NCBI GenBank assembly: GCA_036172245.1
Contig: JAYWIR010000041.1
Coordinates: forward strand, 558,001 to 622,000
Length of the DNA: 64,000 bases
DNA from: Raillietiella orientalis
Lineage: Eukaryota
Reading direction: 5' to 3'
The notes below the pieces were generated by a model. That model saw only the letters and a list, made by a program, of their open reading frames with translations. It searched no databases and had not been told where the DNA came from. The first letter of the stretch is position 1, and the number at the start of each line of letters is the position of its first letter. Both the position numbers and the translations under genes were made by a program. Positions 12,125-23,926 of this stretch are shown piece by piece.

Positions 12125-15100
12125 GGCCAATTCTGCGGAGAACCATCCGCTGCCGAACCGCCTCCTCGATAGAGTCGGGCGCGCGAGATCTCGGTCTCGT
12201 CATAAAACCAGAAAAAAAAATTCCGCCAAATCCTGGCACCCCCGGCCTTCGAGCTCCACAGGTTCCAACCCGTGGTCTGAGTATCCGGCGGGAGAGCGCC
12301 GAGACGTGACCACGCTGCGTGGGGTACGTCTCTCGTTTCGCCTACCCATTACAAATTGCCATTTCACTCTTTATCTTATCGATGCTTGGGATGAGCACCC
12401 TGTAGCCCTGCGCTCACGCCAAGATCGTTGTCTCGAGATGAAGCGATCGTTCTGCCGGCGCTGAGACACGTCGGAGAGCGACTGCTGGTGATGGGTTCAT
12501 TCCGTCTTCACTGCTTATCTCCATGTCGGACCGTCTTGTTCGCTCCAGGGATCAAAGGAGGCTTCGAGAAAAAATCAATGTCTCAAACAGTAAGCGGAGC
12601 ATCCATTTTCCTCTTAACGAGGTGGAGGCCAATTACAGCTTTCTCATTACAGTTACGTGACACGGAGACGCTTTCACTTTCATTGCTGTGATTTACGAAA
12701 ACTCTTCTTGTTCTTTCGCTCGGCATGCATATGAGGGATGCAACTCTTTACCTACAGGAACTGGGCATCGAATTCTTGTCTGCGGAACACCTTCCCAGCC
12801 GGATGCTGGGACTGCATTGCAAGGCCCGAGCACAGACAACACCACATCCTGCGCTCGGAAAGAGCCTCAGAGCTGAAAGAATGAACCGCGGTGATGTCAT
12901 CTGACTAAGAAATAAGGATCGATAAATGACACTGCAATCAGGAACGCGCGCAGGATGCTACTAATGCCTCCCCCATTAGTGGCAAAAAACAACACCCCTT
13001 TGACAGAAAACATTTTATGGTTTTTTGCAATTTTAATAATTTACATGCCTTTTTTTTTTATTTCCAAACGACTCTGGATTTCGCCCTACCAGCATTTTCC
13101 ACCGAAGAATCGATCTGTCTCCACGTTACGGCTTGGTATTGTCCTCCTCCCGAATCGCGCCGTCTCACCACGAAGGCCCTCGAAAACAAAAAAAAAAGAA
13201 AAAATAACGCTCAAGAGACGGTGCTTAAATTTCCTGGTCTTCAGTACGTCCGTTGACGTTTTTATGACCGCCGAAAGTTCCCTTTCCATACTAAAGAGGT
13301 GCTTTCGCGCGCGCCACCGCAGCGTGTATTCCGGTCGAGAAGTTGGGCGGCTCCGGACTCCCATTAGGAAGACACGTGACGAATCGGAAGAACACGCTGA
13401 GCTTCTCAGCATGCGAGCCCACCTTGACCTGCTGCTCGTCCGGTGTGCTACTCTTAACCAAGAGCTGATCCACCGGCGCCGCAGGATCTCAGCCTGCCTC
13501 TGGAAACAGGATGCTCCCCGCAAACCACTCGAGGAGCGCTCGCTGAACTTTGGGCTCAGCGACTCGGCAGGGCCCCGGAAAACGCTAAGTGTGTGGGGGC
13601 GCAACTGTCGCCGTGGTTTTTGTCTCGGGTCCGCTTAGAGGCGCGAAGGTCCTATGTAGCCACGCTTCGGGGAAACCCAAACACCACCCAGATCAGCAGG
13701 GAATGAGCAGATGATGGCTTTGCAAATGGGAAGGGCAAGTCCTCCTCCTGCGTTCTTCTATGATCGCTCTCCTGTATTTAAAAGCGGGGAGAAGAATTTC
13801 ATTTCGAAAGGAGGATGGCAGACCCTGGAGAACATTCACCGTGCGGAGATGGGGATGCGTTGCTTGGGAAGTTTTGAAAACTCCTCTGCATTGCCCACCC
13901 TTCGAAACGCGCACGCTTTTCTCAAAGAACGTTTTCTTCCTGCTCCTCGAAATTGAGACTCTTCTCTATCTCGGATCGAGGCAGACTTGGGCTCGCCGAC
14001 GAAGTCTGCCTCGATCCGAATCTCGTTCTCAGTATCATCAAAGCGCCATCCATCGGAACGACAGCAATTATTTGACGATCGCCTGGAGGGGGTGAGCATT
14101 GGTTTTAAAGCTGTGGCGCCACTCCTCCGTGCTTAGCAACCGAAGCGGAACAGAAACGCGTGCGCGAGAAGCACCTGTGAGGGATTCGCGTTCGGGGGGG
14201 GGGGGGGAAACGTCGGTGCTTCGCCGATGCGCTGACCGACCCGAGGTCGCTGTGGACGCTCGGCTCGGCACTTCGTCGCCTTCCGACATCTCCAGTGCGA
14301 GCACGAGATGACTGCGCACTTCGACCCCCAAGCGTCCTCTTGACGAGTCGCAAAGACCTCGAGCGATCTCTCCCGGAAACTTCCATGCGGGGTGCTCGTG
14401 GTTCCGCCGCGACCAGGGCGCGCGAGACATCTGGTGGCCGCCCGCGAGTGCGTGCAAATCTAGCGAGCGCCCCTCGCTGTCTGTGGATGCATGCGGACCT
14501 CCATCATTATACGACAGCATGGACGTTCTCCTTCGCAAACAGCGCATCCGAGTGGGATGCCTCACCGACCGTTACTACTTTGGAGCTCGGCGCGTTGCCG
14601 TTGTCGAAGAAGAGCCCAGAAACCGGCAAGACCCCTCTCCTGCTGCGGCACCAGCTGGTGAAAGTTGGAAGCGGTCTTCTTCTTCCTACGCGAGCCCAGC
14701 GCGATCTTCCCAGGCAGCTTAGTCGCCTCGGAATTCTCGCTCTCCCAGTATTGAAATCACTATTCCCAGCTTTAATGGACCAATTTGAGCGTTTTTCCTC
14801 CGCGATCTCGGGCAAAAGTTCTGCCTGAGCCGAAGAGGAACGCGCTCGTTACTGGTTCACGCTCGCGAGCAAAAATAACCTCTGCTCCGTGGTCGCAGGC
14901 TCCTGCTGACACGACTTCCAAGCGCCTACGTCAGAAACACGGTAATTCCACCTCGGAATAAGAATAGGTTCACCTCGCAATTTAGACTGTTCCAGCGACC
15001 AAGCAGCGGCTCTCCGAGGCAACGGACCTATTGCTCGAGAGAGAGAGGGAGAGCCTCGGGAGAAAGTTCAAGGCAACAATGGCTTCGTACTTCCGGTGGG

Positions 15101-16449
15101 GGGTGGGGGGGGGAAGGCCGGTCGCATTCCCGTCCCAGGACCACCGGTCGCCCTCCGCGTGCCGCGGCCTCAGGGAACGCGGCGGCTTCCCAACGGCCAT
15201 CTGCGGAGGGTGGTTCTGTTGCCAGCGCGAAGAGGAAAAGAAAAAAACGCAGGCGAGGTCCGGAGCGCGTTTCTCGCAGGAGGCATCAATCTGTTGTCAG
15301 GAAGCAGCTTGCCCCGAAGCATTGTGTACAGTGTCCGGCCAATCTCTTGAAAACAAAACCCCTCAATTATTATGAGGAGTAAAGTGAACGTTTACGGTGA
15401 GTAGGACGCAGGTTAAAGCAAGTAATACTTTTATGGTACAGCTTCGAAAATCGCATCCGTGCATCGTACGGAGCACTCATTCCATGCTTTGCTTCTCGAG
15501 AGAGCGTGAACGAGACTAGCAGCCACGGTACGCAAGGGAAGCATCCCCCCTCCTCCCTCCTCCTCTTACCCCTTCCTCATCTTCCCCCCTCCCCCCCTAT
15601 TTTCCCCGAAAATAAGCATTCCTACCTCCGGGATATGTGTGTGTTATTCGGAAAGGTTGCTGCTGCTTTCCGTGCGCAAGCGCGGTCGCCCATGCGTGCG
15701 TGAATGCGCGCGTGCGCGCGTTCAGCGGAGCAAATTTTGTACTCATGAGGGAACGGAGGGCTACTGACCCAGCGGTCACCTCTTAGCGTCGGAGCGCTAG
15801 CGAGGCGGTCGTCCCGAGGCACGTTACCAGCTCTAGAGGGAGGGGTGGGTTTGAAATGAACCGGGCGGGATTCTCCCTTCGCCCTGTCTGAGCCCTTCGG
15901 GGATGGCGCTCAGGCGAGCGGAAAGGAAGAGCCAAATGCGTGATCCGAAACCTGCGCTTCGTTCACATCTCTGCCCGTTCAACGAAATTTACCTTGCTCT
16001 TCCATGGAGTCCACGAATCCACCGTGTAGGAGGAGGGCGCAGGCCGTCGACGTCATGCACGTGGTCTGCGACTCCAGAAACGACCGGTGTTTTCATCTGT
16101 GACCTTTTGGGCTGAGCTGTTTGCCCCTTTTGATGGCAGCTGAGTATACAGACCTTGGCTTGTTCTGTGCCGCCGAATTCGCTTCTGGCAAGAATCCTTT
16201 CGGCACAAGCGGTCTTCTTTTGCCCAGATCGACGGGGAACAATTTTCGGAACGTGGATACGTGAGCGTGGAGCTGCAGGGCCAACCCGGCGTCCCCAAGG
16301 ACGACGGCAAGGGCGCAGAAAGGTGTGAGTTTTGCTGGAAGCGAGGATCAAGCGCAGATGGCACCCGACTCCGGTCCGACAAAGAGCACCTTTCCTGCTT
16401 TCCGGGGGGGGGGGGGGCCTTGGATCTGGCGACCTCCGGGAGTGCTTTT

Positions 16450-16670
16450 CGGTCGTTGCACTCCGCAAGGGTTCTTTTTCGAATTTAATCACGGAGCATG
16501 CTGGCACAGGCTGTTCAATTGGATGCACGGCCTTTTCATGAGAAAGGTCGAAGACTGCGCGGCAAAGGTCTCCTGCAGGAAGGGTCACCCATTGTTCTTT
16601 GCTGCATCCTTCTTGCTCCTTGAGCGCTGACAGCCTCAGGACCAGAGCGGCTGGCAGTTGGGGGAGGCGC
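16450..16670 (-). mobile_element. Possible non-LTR RT relic
   Basis: ALVLRLSAL.EQEG....AVFDLSHEKAVHPIE resembles (I)LA.RL...Q.GF...LD.EKAFDRV. Confidence 0.3.
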
Positions 16671-18827
16671 ACCGCATCTCCCTTAAGTCATCTTCGAAAT
16701 CCACCTCTTCCACGACTCCTCTGCCTACTCCTTTGGAGAAGTCGAAACTAGCGGAACGCTTTCCGCGTTTTTTTTTTTCCTTTTTTTCTCCACTTTCCCC
16801 GAAGCCTCCTGTCTCTCGGAACCACTCTGGAGCTTTCCGGTTTCCAAAACGTTCAGTGGTCGCGCACATGGCTCGTCGCTGGACTCCGCAAGCATGATTG
16901 GTCACCTTCGCAACGATATACTGTCCGGACGTGTCATCAGCAGAGAGCGATGCGGGTGTCGCGGGGTATTCGAGCAGGCCGGCGAGCGCTGGGTGCGGGT
17001 CGGCCTCCATGGTTCGATCGAACGCTCGCGGCGCTTCGGGAAAATCCACCACTTCCCCGCGCACTGCCACGGGAAAGCTTCCGCGTTCGCCCGTCAGATT
17101 CCGCCGCTGGCGGTCCGCGCGAAAGAAACAGGACCGGGGGGCGAGTGGGCGCCGGGGCGAAGCGAGAGTTCGACGAGATGATCCTCCACAGGCACCACTT
17201 TCCCGGAGAAAGGCCTTCGGATTCTCGGAGGCTTCCAGGCGGCGCCCGCTGGAGAAAGCTGCGGACGGAGGGCAGTCAGACGATTTCCGTGCTCCTCCTC
17301 CGAATGGCATCGCGAGTTTGCGTTCCCTACGACAGGAGCGGGCGATGGGAGGCAGACCAAGTGGATCCCGGAGGTATCCGGTACGATGGCGTGCGCGGCA
17401 GGGCAGTGGTGCCTCGACCGGCAGGCTTCCGTCTCCGACCGTGAGAACGCAAATGGACCCTCGGACGAAGAACCGCGTTCCGCGCACGCGCAGACTGTCC
17501 CCCCCCCCCCCTCCTTGCCCTTTGCGCTCCTCGGCGCGCGACTTCGAAGCGTCAATTGCCCGCGGCCCTCGCGCTCCAGGGACCGCTCCCTCGGGCGGCA
17601 GGAGAACTCCGGTTCGGGGTCCTTTCGGAAGCATCGCGAGCAGCCTCGCCCTCCTTCTCCAGACTTGACTGTCAACAGGCACAAGGCGCAGCTTCCCTTT
17701 CCCCCTCCGAGGTGGCAAGGGAAATCGCAGAAATGCTCCATGCGCGTTCCGAAATGTTCTCGTTGCCCCTAGAAATCAGCGAAAGTTTTTTTTTTTATTT
17801 TCCTTTTTTTTTCTCCTCCCTCCTTCTCCCCCTCTTCCCTCCCTTTTCTCCTTGGATCACAAAGACGGAGAGCGTGCGCCCGGCATCCCGCCGCGGGAAA
17901 CGCAAGGGTTCTGGAGAAAACCCTCCGTTCTGCGCGTCCTCCGGGAAGGAGGAGCGCCCGGGTTCGATCCTTCCCCCGCCTCCTCCCGTCTCTCGCGCCA
18001 CTACCGCCGTCACTCCCGCGGGCAAGAAGGGAACATCCAGCGTTCGCCCCGGCGACCGCCTTGATCCACACCGTCCAGCAACGGGCGCGCGCGCGTCCGC
18101 ATACGACGTCTTTACGCCGCCATCTTTTTTTTCCCCCATCCGCCTGCATGCTGCACGCTCACGCGGGTGGCACGGAGATCCCACGGAGCCACCTCCTGGT
18201 TGACCTTGCTGCTGAAAAACGAGAAGCGACCTCGGCTGCAGCCTCCGTCCACCCGCTGACCACCGTCTCCTCCGACAGCGGTGAATCGCGACCTACGGAG
18301 GCTGCAAAGCATGCGAGGCGAAAGCTGGGCCGCTTGCCCACGAGGAACCCCAAGGGATGAGGCCTGCAGCTGTGCTTAACCCTCGTGGAGCTTTGCATGG
18401 AGAGCGTAGCCAGAGGCGAAGGCTCCGCTTCCCGCTACTCGTCTTTCCCTGACGGGGACGCCCCCTTCTGCACCGGGAGAGAAGGGCGCCCCTGGAGGAG
18501 CAGCGGACAACTCCCGCCCTTCACGGACGCCCCCATACAACGCCCAGGAGCGACGGATCTGCGAGCAGGTCGGATCGGTCCCCGGGATCGGCTGGGTCAC
18601 CAGCTGCCGGTCACTCCCTCGGCCCAACGACTTTGCCATGGGTAGGAAGCAGTGTCCTATCAGTGGGGGCGTGAGGCCCCGCGCTGCCGGCAGACCTCTG
18701 GTCAGAAACAAAAACCCTCTAAGGGTCGGTTCTGCTCTTCAGCTCTTCCGTGTTTTTTTCGGGTGGTTCTAAACGAGTCAGCCTCTGCCACTCTTCCCCC
18801 CTCCCCTCCCCCTTCCTCGACAGCTGG

Positions 18828-19147
18828 GGCTGCTCTTACTGTGTTGCGCGGACGCCGCCTTGGAGACGGAGATGCCCAGCCTCCCGCCTGTTCCCTTCGC
18901 GACACCCCGACGCCGCCGGTGGGCTCTTGAGGATGCAGGTGAAGTATAGCGCAGCAGTCACTTCCCAACGCCCCCTTGACCGGGCTCGTCGACCGGCCAT
19001 GATGGCCCTCTCGTTGGTGCAACCTGGCTCGTCTTCTCTCCCTCCCCTTTCTCGATGGGAGACGGCAGCACGTGCAGCGGGACTGAGCCGTCGGGTTCGA
19101 TTCGGTCCGGCCGATGTTGCCACGGGTGACGAGCGGGGAACCCCCTG
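18828..19147 (+). repeat. Dispersed repeat family B (inverse copy at 30345-30665)
   Basis: tgtgttgcgcgg...gatgcccagcctcccg.ctgttccctt...gcagtcacttcccaacgcc...ctctcgttgg..caacctgg...gttgccacgg is shared. Confidence 0.75.
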
Positions 19148-19779
19148 AACTACCTCCTGGCAGGCGATTCCTCGTGGAAAGCCGCCCTGTGAGGGACGAG
19201 GCGCGGATCCCCGCGCCACGCCAGGGGGCGGCTACTCTGTCGCCCGGGTGTTCGCCGAGTCGGCGCGCCGAGCCGCAGCCGCGGTGGGCGAGGAGGCAGC
19301 GAAGGTCACACGGAGGTCTCGCCTCATGCCCTCGTGCGCCTTCACGTCCGCCGTCCCAGGAAGGCGCCGGGACGGTGGTCGCCCTCCGGCGCTTCTGTCT
19401 CCGCCGCCAGGCCAGGCGCTCCGCCCACGGGGTACCACCGACGTGCCGGCTGCCCGCCTTTGTAGGCGCCTCAGTGCCCTCGACGAAGAATGGAAGGCCA
19501 GACCGCTCCAGACCGAGGTTGGGTCGTCCTCTCGCTACCTCTTGTATTCGAAGCGCAGATAGCCGGAGGATTTTCATGGTGACCGCCAGCCGCAGCTCTG
19601 CATTGGGTCGGCGCCCCGTCTGTGCGGGCTCGCTGTAGCGAGCGGCAACTGCGCATCAGCAATCACAGGAGCCGCTTTTGCGCCTGATCTGCTCGCGGAC
19701 ATATGCGGAGTGTTGCCTGGAGGGCGTCCCCCTCCTGACCCGCTGTCTGGACCGAGAGATCCCCGAGTAGCAAGAGCAT

Positions 19780-20010
19780 GTCAATTTGCAGGTGTCGCGC
19801 CGAGCCCTCCTGAGGTGTGCACCCCAGAGTCTTCGCCTGATCGAGGTAAACGACCTCGAGCCTGACGCGGTTGACGAAGCGAGGTGCCTTTATCGAGACA
19901 GCCGCGTCGTGGAGCGCCAAAACAAAGGGGCCGCAGGAATCCTTCCCCCGGCTTTCTACGAGCGAACTCCTGGAGGTCGCCAGACGGTGCCGCGGCAAGC
20001 CGCAAGGGCT
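19780..20010 (-). mobile_element. Non-LTR reverse transcriptase relic
   Basis: ...VESRGKDSC..FVLALHD....LEVVYLDQAKT resembles the RT GRS..NL..LD...LDQxKAFD motif. Confidence 0.5.
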
Positions 20011-20949
20011 CATTTGGTGGCGAGGAAGCTGAAATCGTCGTTGGAAGGGCCCAAGTGAAAGTGCGTGAGCCTCCCCGGGGCGAAGACTTCCCTCCCTGGC
20101 CCCCTCCTCGCATTCCGATGGGTCCTCGGCCAAGGAACTCGGATCGACCAATCAGGCGCGACCACGGCGCAGGCGGATCGATAAGCCGCAGCTATCCCTC
20201 CGCTTAGGCGTTCCGCAGGAGCCCGAAGGCACATGAATCATCGGACGGTAACCTCGTTTCCTCCAGGGTGACGACGGATCACCCTGCTCGGGTCGGCGAC
20301 TCTCTCTTCCGGTGGAGTACCCGGCCCTCGCGCGCCGACCTGAGGGCTTCCGCGGGCCGGCCATGCGGAAGCGACCGGCATTGCAACGAGGAGCGCAGCA
20401 CCCTGCCGTCGGGACGACGGCAGGCGAGGCCGGGCCTGTGGTCGTCCGGCGCCGCTCGGGACGAGCGGCCCGCGGAGGTTGTCCGGCCGATCTCGCCGCT
20501 GCGTCCTTCCGGGCCGGAACGCCGCCATCCGATTGGCGGACGCGCGGAGTGCCGTTCGAGCAGAGCGCGCGGCAGAACGCTGTCTGGGAGGTGACTCGCG
20601 CGTGGGAGCCACGGGGCACCGTGGAGGAGTCCACGTGGACACCCCCGACGATGCGCACGTAGGAGCGCCACCGCCGCTGCGCACCCCGTGCTCGCCTCCC
20701 GTCCTGAGGAGGAAGTGGGAAGGGGGGGAGGGGGGAGAGCAAAAAGGAGGCCGTGCTCAACCGGCCGCGCTGCGTTTCCCGCTTCGTTCCCGCTGCAGCC
20801 CGGTTCCCGTCCGGCGCGAACTCCCGGTTGATCGATGATGATCCTTCCCGGGAATCACGCCGGAGCAGCGTGCTGGGAGAGGGGCGGGAACTGTTCCGAG
20901 CTTGGGATAGCCTCTGCCGCGTCTCCTCTGCCTCACGCGGGAGGGCTGC

Positions 20950-21140
20950 TCCTCCGCCCGCCCGTCGCGTCCCCGCCCTCGAGCTCCTCGGACGACCAAT
21001 CAGCGAGCGCGCACCGCCCGCCTCAACCTCCACGCAGCCGCATTTGAGCCCGTCCGCCAGCCCCCATCTAGCAGCACTCAAGCCGGCGACGGCGCGTTGA
21101 TTTCGTCAGTTTGCTCGAGATTGCGAGCCTGTGCGGTGGG
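20950..21140 (+). promoter_or_regulatory. Putative Dll core promoter (GC boxes, CCAAT, Inr)
   Basis: CCGCCC boxes at ~20954-21020, GACCAATCAG at 20994-21003, and an arthropod-type Inr TCAGTT at 21106-21111 (+1 A about 21108). There is no ATG between the Inr and 21558. Confidence 0.55.
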
Positions 21141-21557
21141 GTGTGTGCGTTAGCTCTGTGTTCGTCGAGAGCTCCTCGTCTGGACCGGGAGGTGGCAACA
21201 CCTCTTCGTCTCCACTGAGGCGGCAGAAAGCAAGAAGCAGAGAGTACAGCCGCCGTCTCCTGCCCATTCCCACTTGCTTCTACCTTTCGCGTTTGTACCT
21301 GCTCCTCTGCTCTTCCTTCTCCCATCCTGGTGGCTTGCAGTCGCTCTCGTTCCCGTCTATACCTCTGGACGTGCCTCCTGCCCGTCCCGCCCCGCCTCCT
21401 TTGGGGACGCTCAACCACTGTTTCCTCGCGCCCTATTCCCCCTCATCCTCCGCGGCCGTTCCTCCTGTGCACCCGACGCCGCGCCCAACGTCCGCTAGCA
21501 GGCTGAAGCGTTGGCGACACGACGGCCCGAGGCTTCTTAGGGCTGCCCCAGGCAACG

Positions 21558-21837
21558 ATGGGGATCATGATGCGAGCGCTGGACCAAGACATCGATGGCA
21601 AGCCCTTCATGGATTTGCAGCAGCAGACCCCCAACTTCGCCGGGATAGGGCATCCCCACTCCTATGCCTTCGCGTCTCCGTATCACCACCAGCAGCAGGC
21701 CGTGACCCCGCAGCCGCACGAGGTATTTGGGCAGAGGACCACCCCGCTCGCCCCATACCACTTCTCCCCCGCCAACCATCACCACCTGGGTGGTTACTCG
21801 CCCTACGGACTGCAACCCTGCTCTTCTCCTCCTGACG
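21558..21837 (+). CDS. Dll: Distal-less homeobox gene, coding exon 1 (MGIMMRALDQDIDGKPFMDLQQ...CSSPPD, phase-1 donor)
   Basis: First ATG after the putative Inr, with an in-frame TGA upstream at 21504. The N-terminal DQD..KPFMDLQ resembles the Dll/Dlx 'SKSAFMEL' motif. His/Gln/Pro/Tyr-rich. Donor G|gtaaga at 21837/21838; 280 nt gives phase 1, matching the exon 2 acceptor. Confidence 0.85.
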
Positions 21838-23747
21838 GTAAGACTGGCGCGGGTGCTCGGGGGGAAGGGCAGGACCCAATCGGGCAGTTGGGACCGCCGC
21901 GAGGGAAGGGGGGACAGCCGTAGGCAGGGCACCGTCCTGTCGCGCTCTCCGTGACGTCACGCGCAGAGCGCGTTCGCGAAACAGACAGCACCGCCAGCAG
22001 GCGCTCGTGAGCGCACGGCGCATGCGCGGCCTTCCTCCGTCCCTCCCCTGGGGAGGCAGCAGTGGGCTGATCGCTCCCCTGACCGGCAGCCTGCGAGAGC
22101 GGGCGCAGGGCGGGAACCACGGTCCAGCGGCGAGAGATTCTCTCCCGGATGCGCGGACGCGCTTCCGCCGCCAAGGAGGGCAGGGGAGGAGGGAGGGACG
22201 GCGTTCCGCTCCGAGGGTCCCCCACAAAGGTTCCTCAGAGTCGATCTACCGCGCGCGCGTCCGTCTGCCCCGCGAGGGTTTGCTGCGCGCAGCGGCGCGG
22301 CGCGATGCGGCGAGGGTGGAAATGAGACAGAAGAGGAAGAATCCTCGTCCCCTTCACTCCCTGGGTAATCAGGGAGGAGGATTACCGGAGCGAGCGCAGC
22401 CACGTCAGCTTTTTTCGAGAGAACGGCCGGACGGAACAATCCAGACGACGCCAGCGCCACGCCCGGGCAAGAGGGAAACGATACGAACGCGCACGGAGGG
22501 AAGGAACTCGTGGTCGTTAGTGCTGGCGCGTCACCCTCCTTCGAGAAGACCCTAGCTGCCAAAGGCGGTATCGCCGCCCCCTGGAAACGGCCCGGAGCAC
22601 CGCAGAGCGGCGAGAAGAATAAGGGAACGTTCACCCTTTCGGGCGAAGTGCTCTTGCCCGCCCTTCCAGCCAATCCCCGCTCGCCCTCATCTCTTCCTCC
22701 TCCTCCTCGCTTTCTTCCCTCCTCCGTCGGAGACGCTTCCCCTGAGAGGCCTTCGCAGCCTCAGGTCGCCGACGCGAGCGCTAGGTGACGCCGCGATTCT
22801 CCCCCGGCGGGGGGGGGGGGGGAATGTTTCGCGGGAGCGCCGCGAGATGTCAGCAGGGTTCCGATTCCTGGGACCAAAGAGAAGGGCCGTTCCGACCCGA
22901 TTCCATCTCTCTCGAGATTGGGGGCGCTCTGGGAGACTGAGGAATTAGTCCCGGGAAAGAGTCGGAGGGTCAGTCGTTGCCCCTCGTCGGCAGCGGACAT
23001 AGCATCCCTGGCTCGATGGGAAAAACCCCTTCATCCCATGAGCCTCATCTTCCCCTTTCCGTCTCCGATCGGGAGGCTCCGCCTGATAGACAACGCTCGC
23101 GATCTCGAGTCATGGAGAGCCCTCTTCCATCTGCATGGGGGTGAGGTTCTTAGGTTGTTCTTAGGTTGTCTTAGGTTGAACTGGGGTCACCTCTCTTTGC
23201 ACCTTCGATCCGCGGCTGCCACGGTGCGTGCATGCGCCTTCGTCACCTCGAGACCGCGGCGGGGTGTGTATGTGGCCTCCCCCGATTCGCGTTATCGACA
23301 CCTGTTGCCAGGGGGATGCGCCGACCCCGTATCCGTCCCTAGAGGAGGGAGAGGGAATAAGAAATTCTGCCCGATCATCATGGGGCATCCCGGGGGAGAT
23401 AATCCCATGTAAAGGAGGAAGCATTCTTCTGATCCCCACTGTCCTCCGCGATGCTGAGTGAGCGAGCGAGCTGACTGGCTGGCTGGCTGTCCTGAGCGGC
23501 TAGGGAGGTCGGGTGGGGGGGAGGCGAACTCCTTCCTCCGTAGCGACCCCGCCGATCGAAAGGGAAGCCCTCGGGATGCCGCGTTTCCCGAGGGGTCGCG
23601 CAGAGAGCAGCGAGGGCCTGCGCTTAATGAGGGATCACGAACATCCGCATCGCCCGCCATCTCTCGAGCGATTTGCGAACCAAAGAGGGAACACGCGTGA
23701 TCCATCTCTAACATCAACAATAACAACAGACGCTCCTCCTGTTGCAG

Positions 23748-23926
23748 AGAAAGAACAAGATGTCGGCGTGAGGGTTGGAGGAAAAGGCAAGAAAATGCGA
23801 AAGCCTCGAACCATCTACTCGAGCCTTCAGCTACAGCAGCTGAACAAAATCTTCCAGAGGACTCAGTACTTATCTCTTCCCGAGAGGGCAGAGCTGGCTG
23901 CCAAGCTGGGACTCACACAGACTCAG
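23748..23926 (+). CDS. Dll: Distal-less coding exon 2 (homeodomain N-arm, helices 1-2: [49 protein letters not shown])
   Basis: Unmistakable Dlx-class homeodomain. Acceptor ctcctcctgttgcag| (phase 1); an alternative in-frame acceptor lies at 23730. Donor CAG|gtaagc at 23926/23927 (phase 0), the conserved Dlx intron position between Q and V. Confidence 0.95.
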
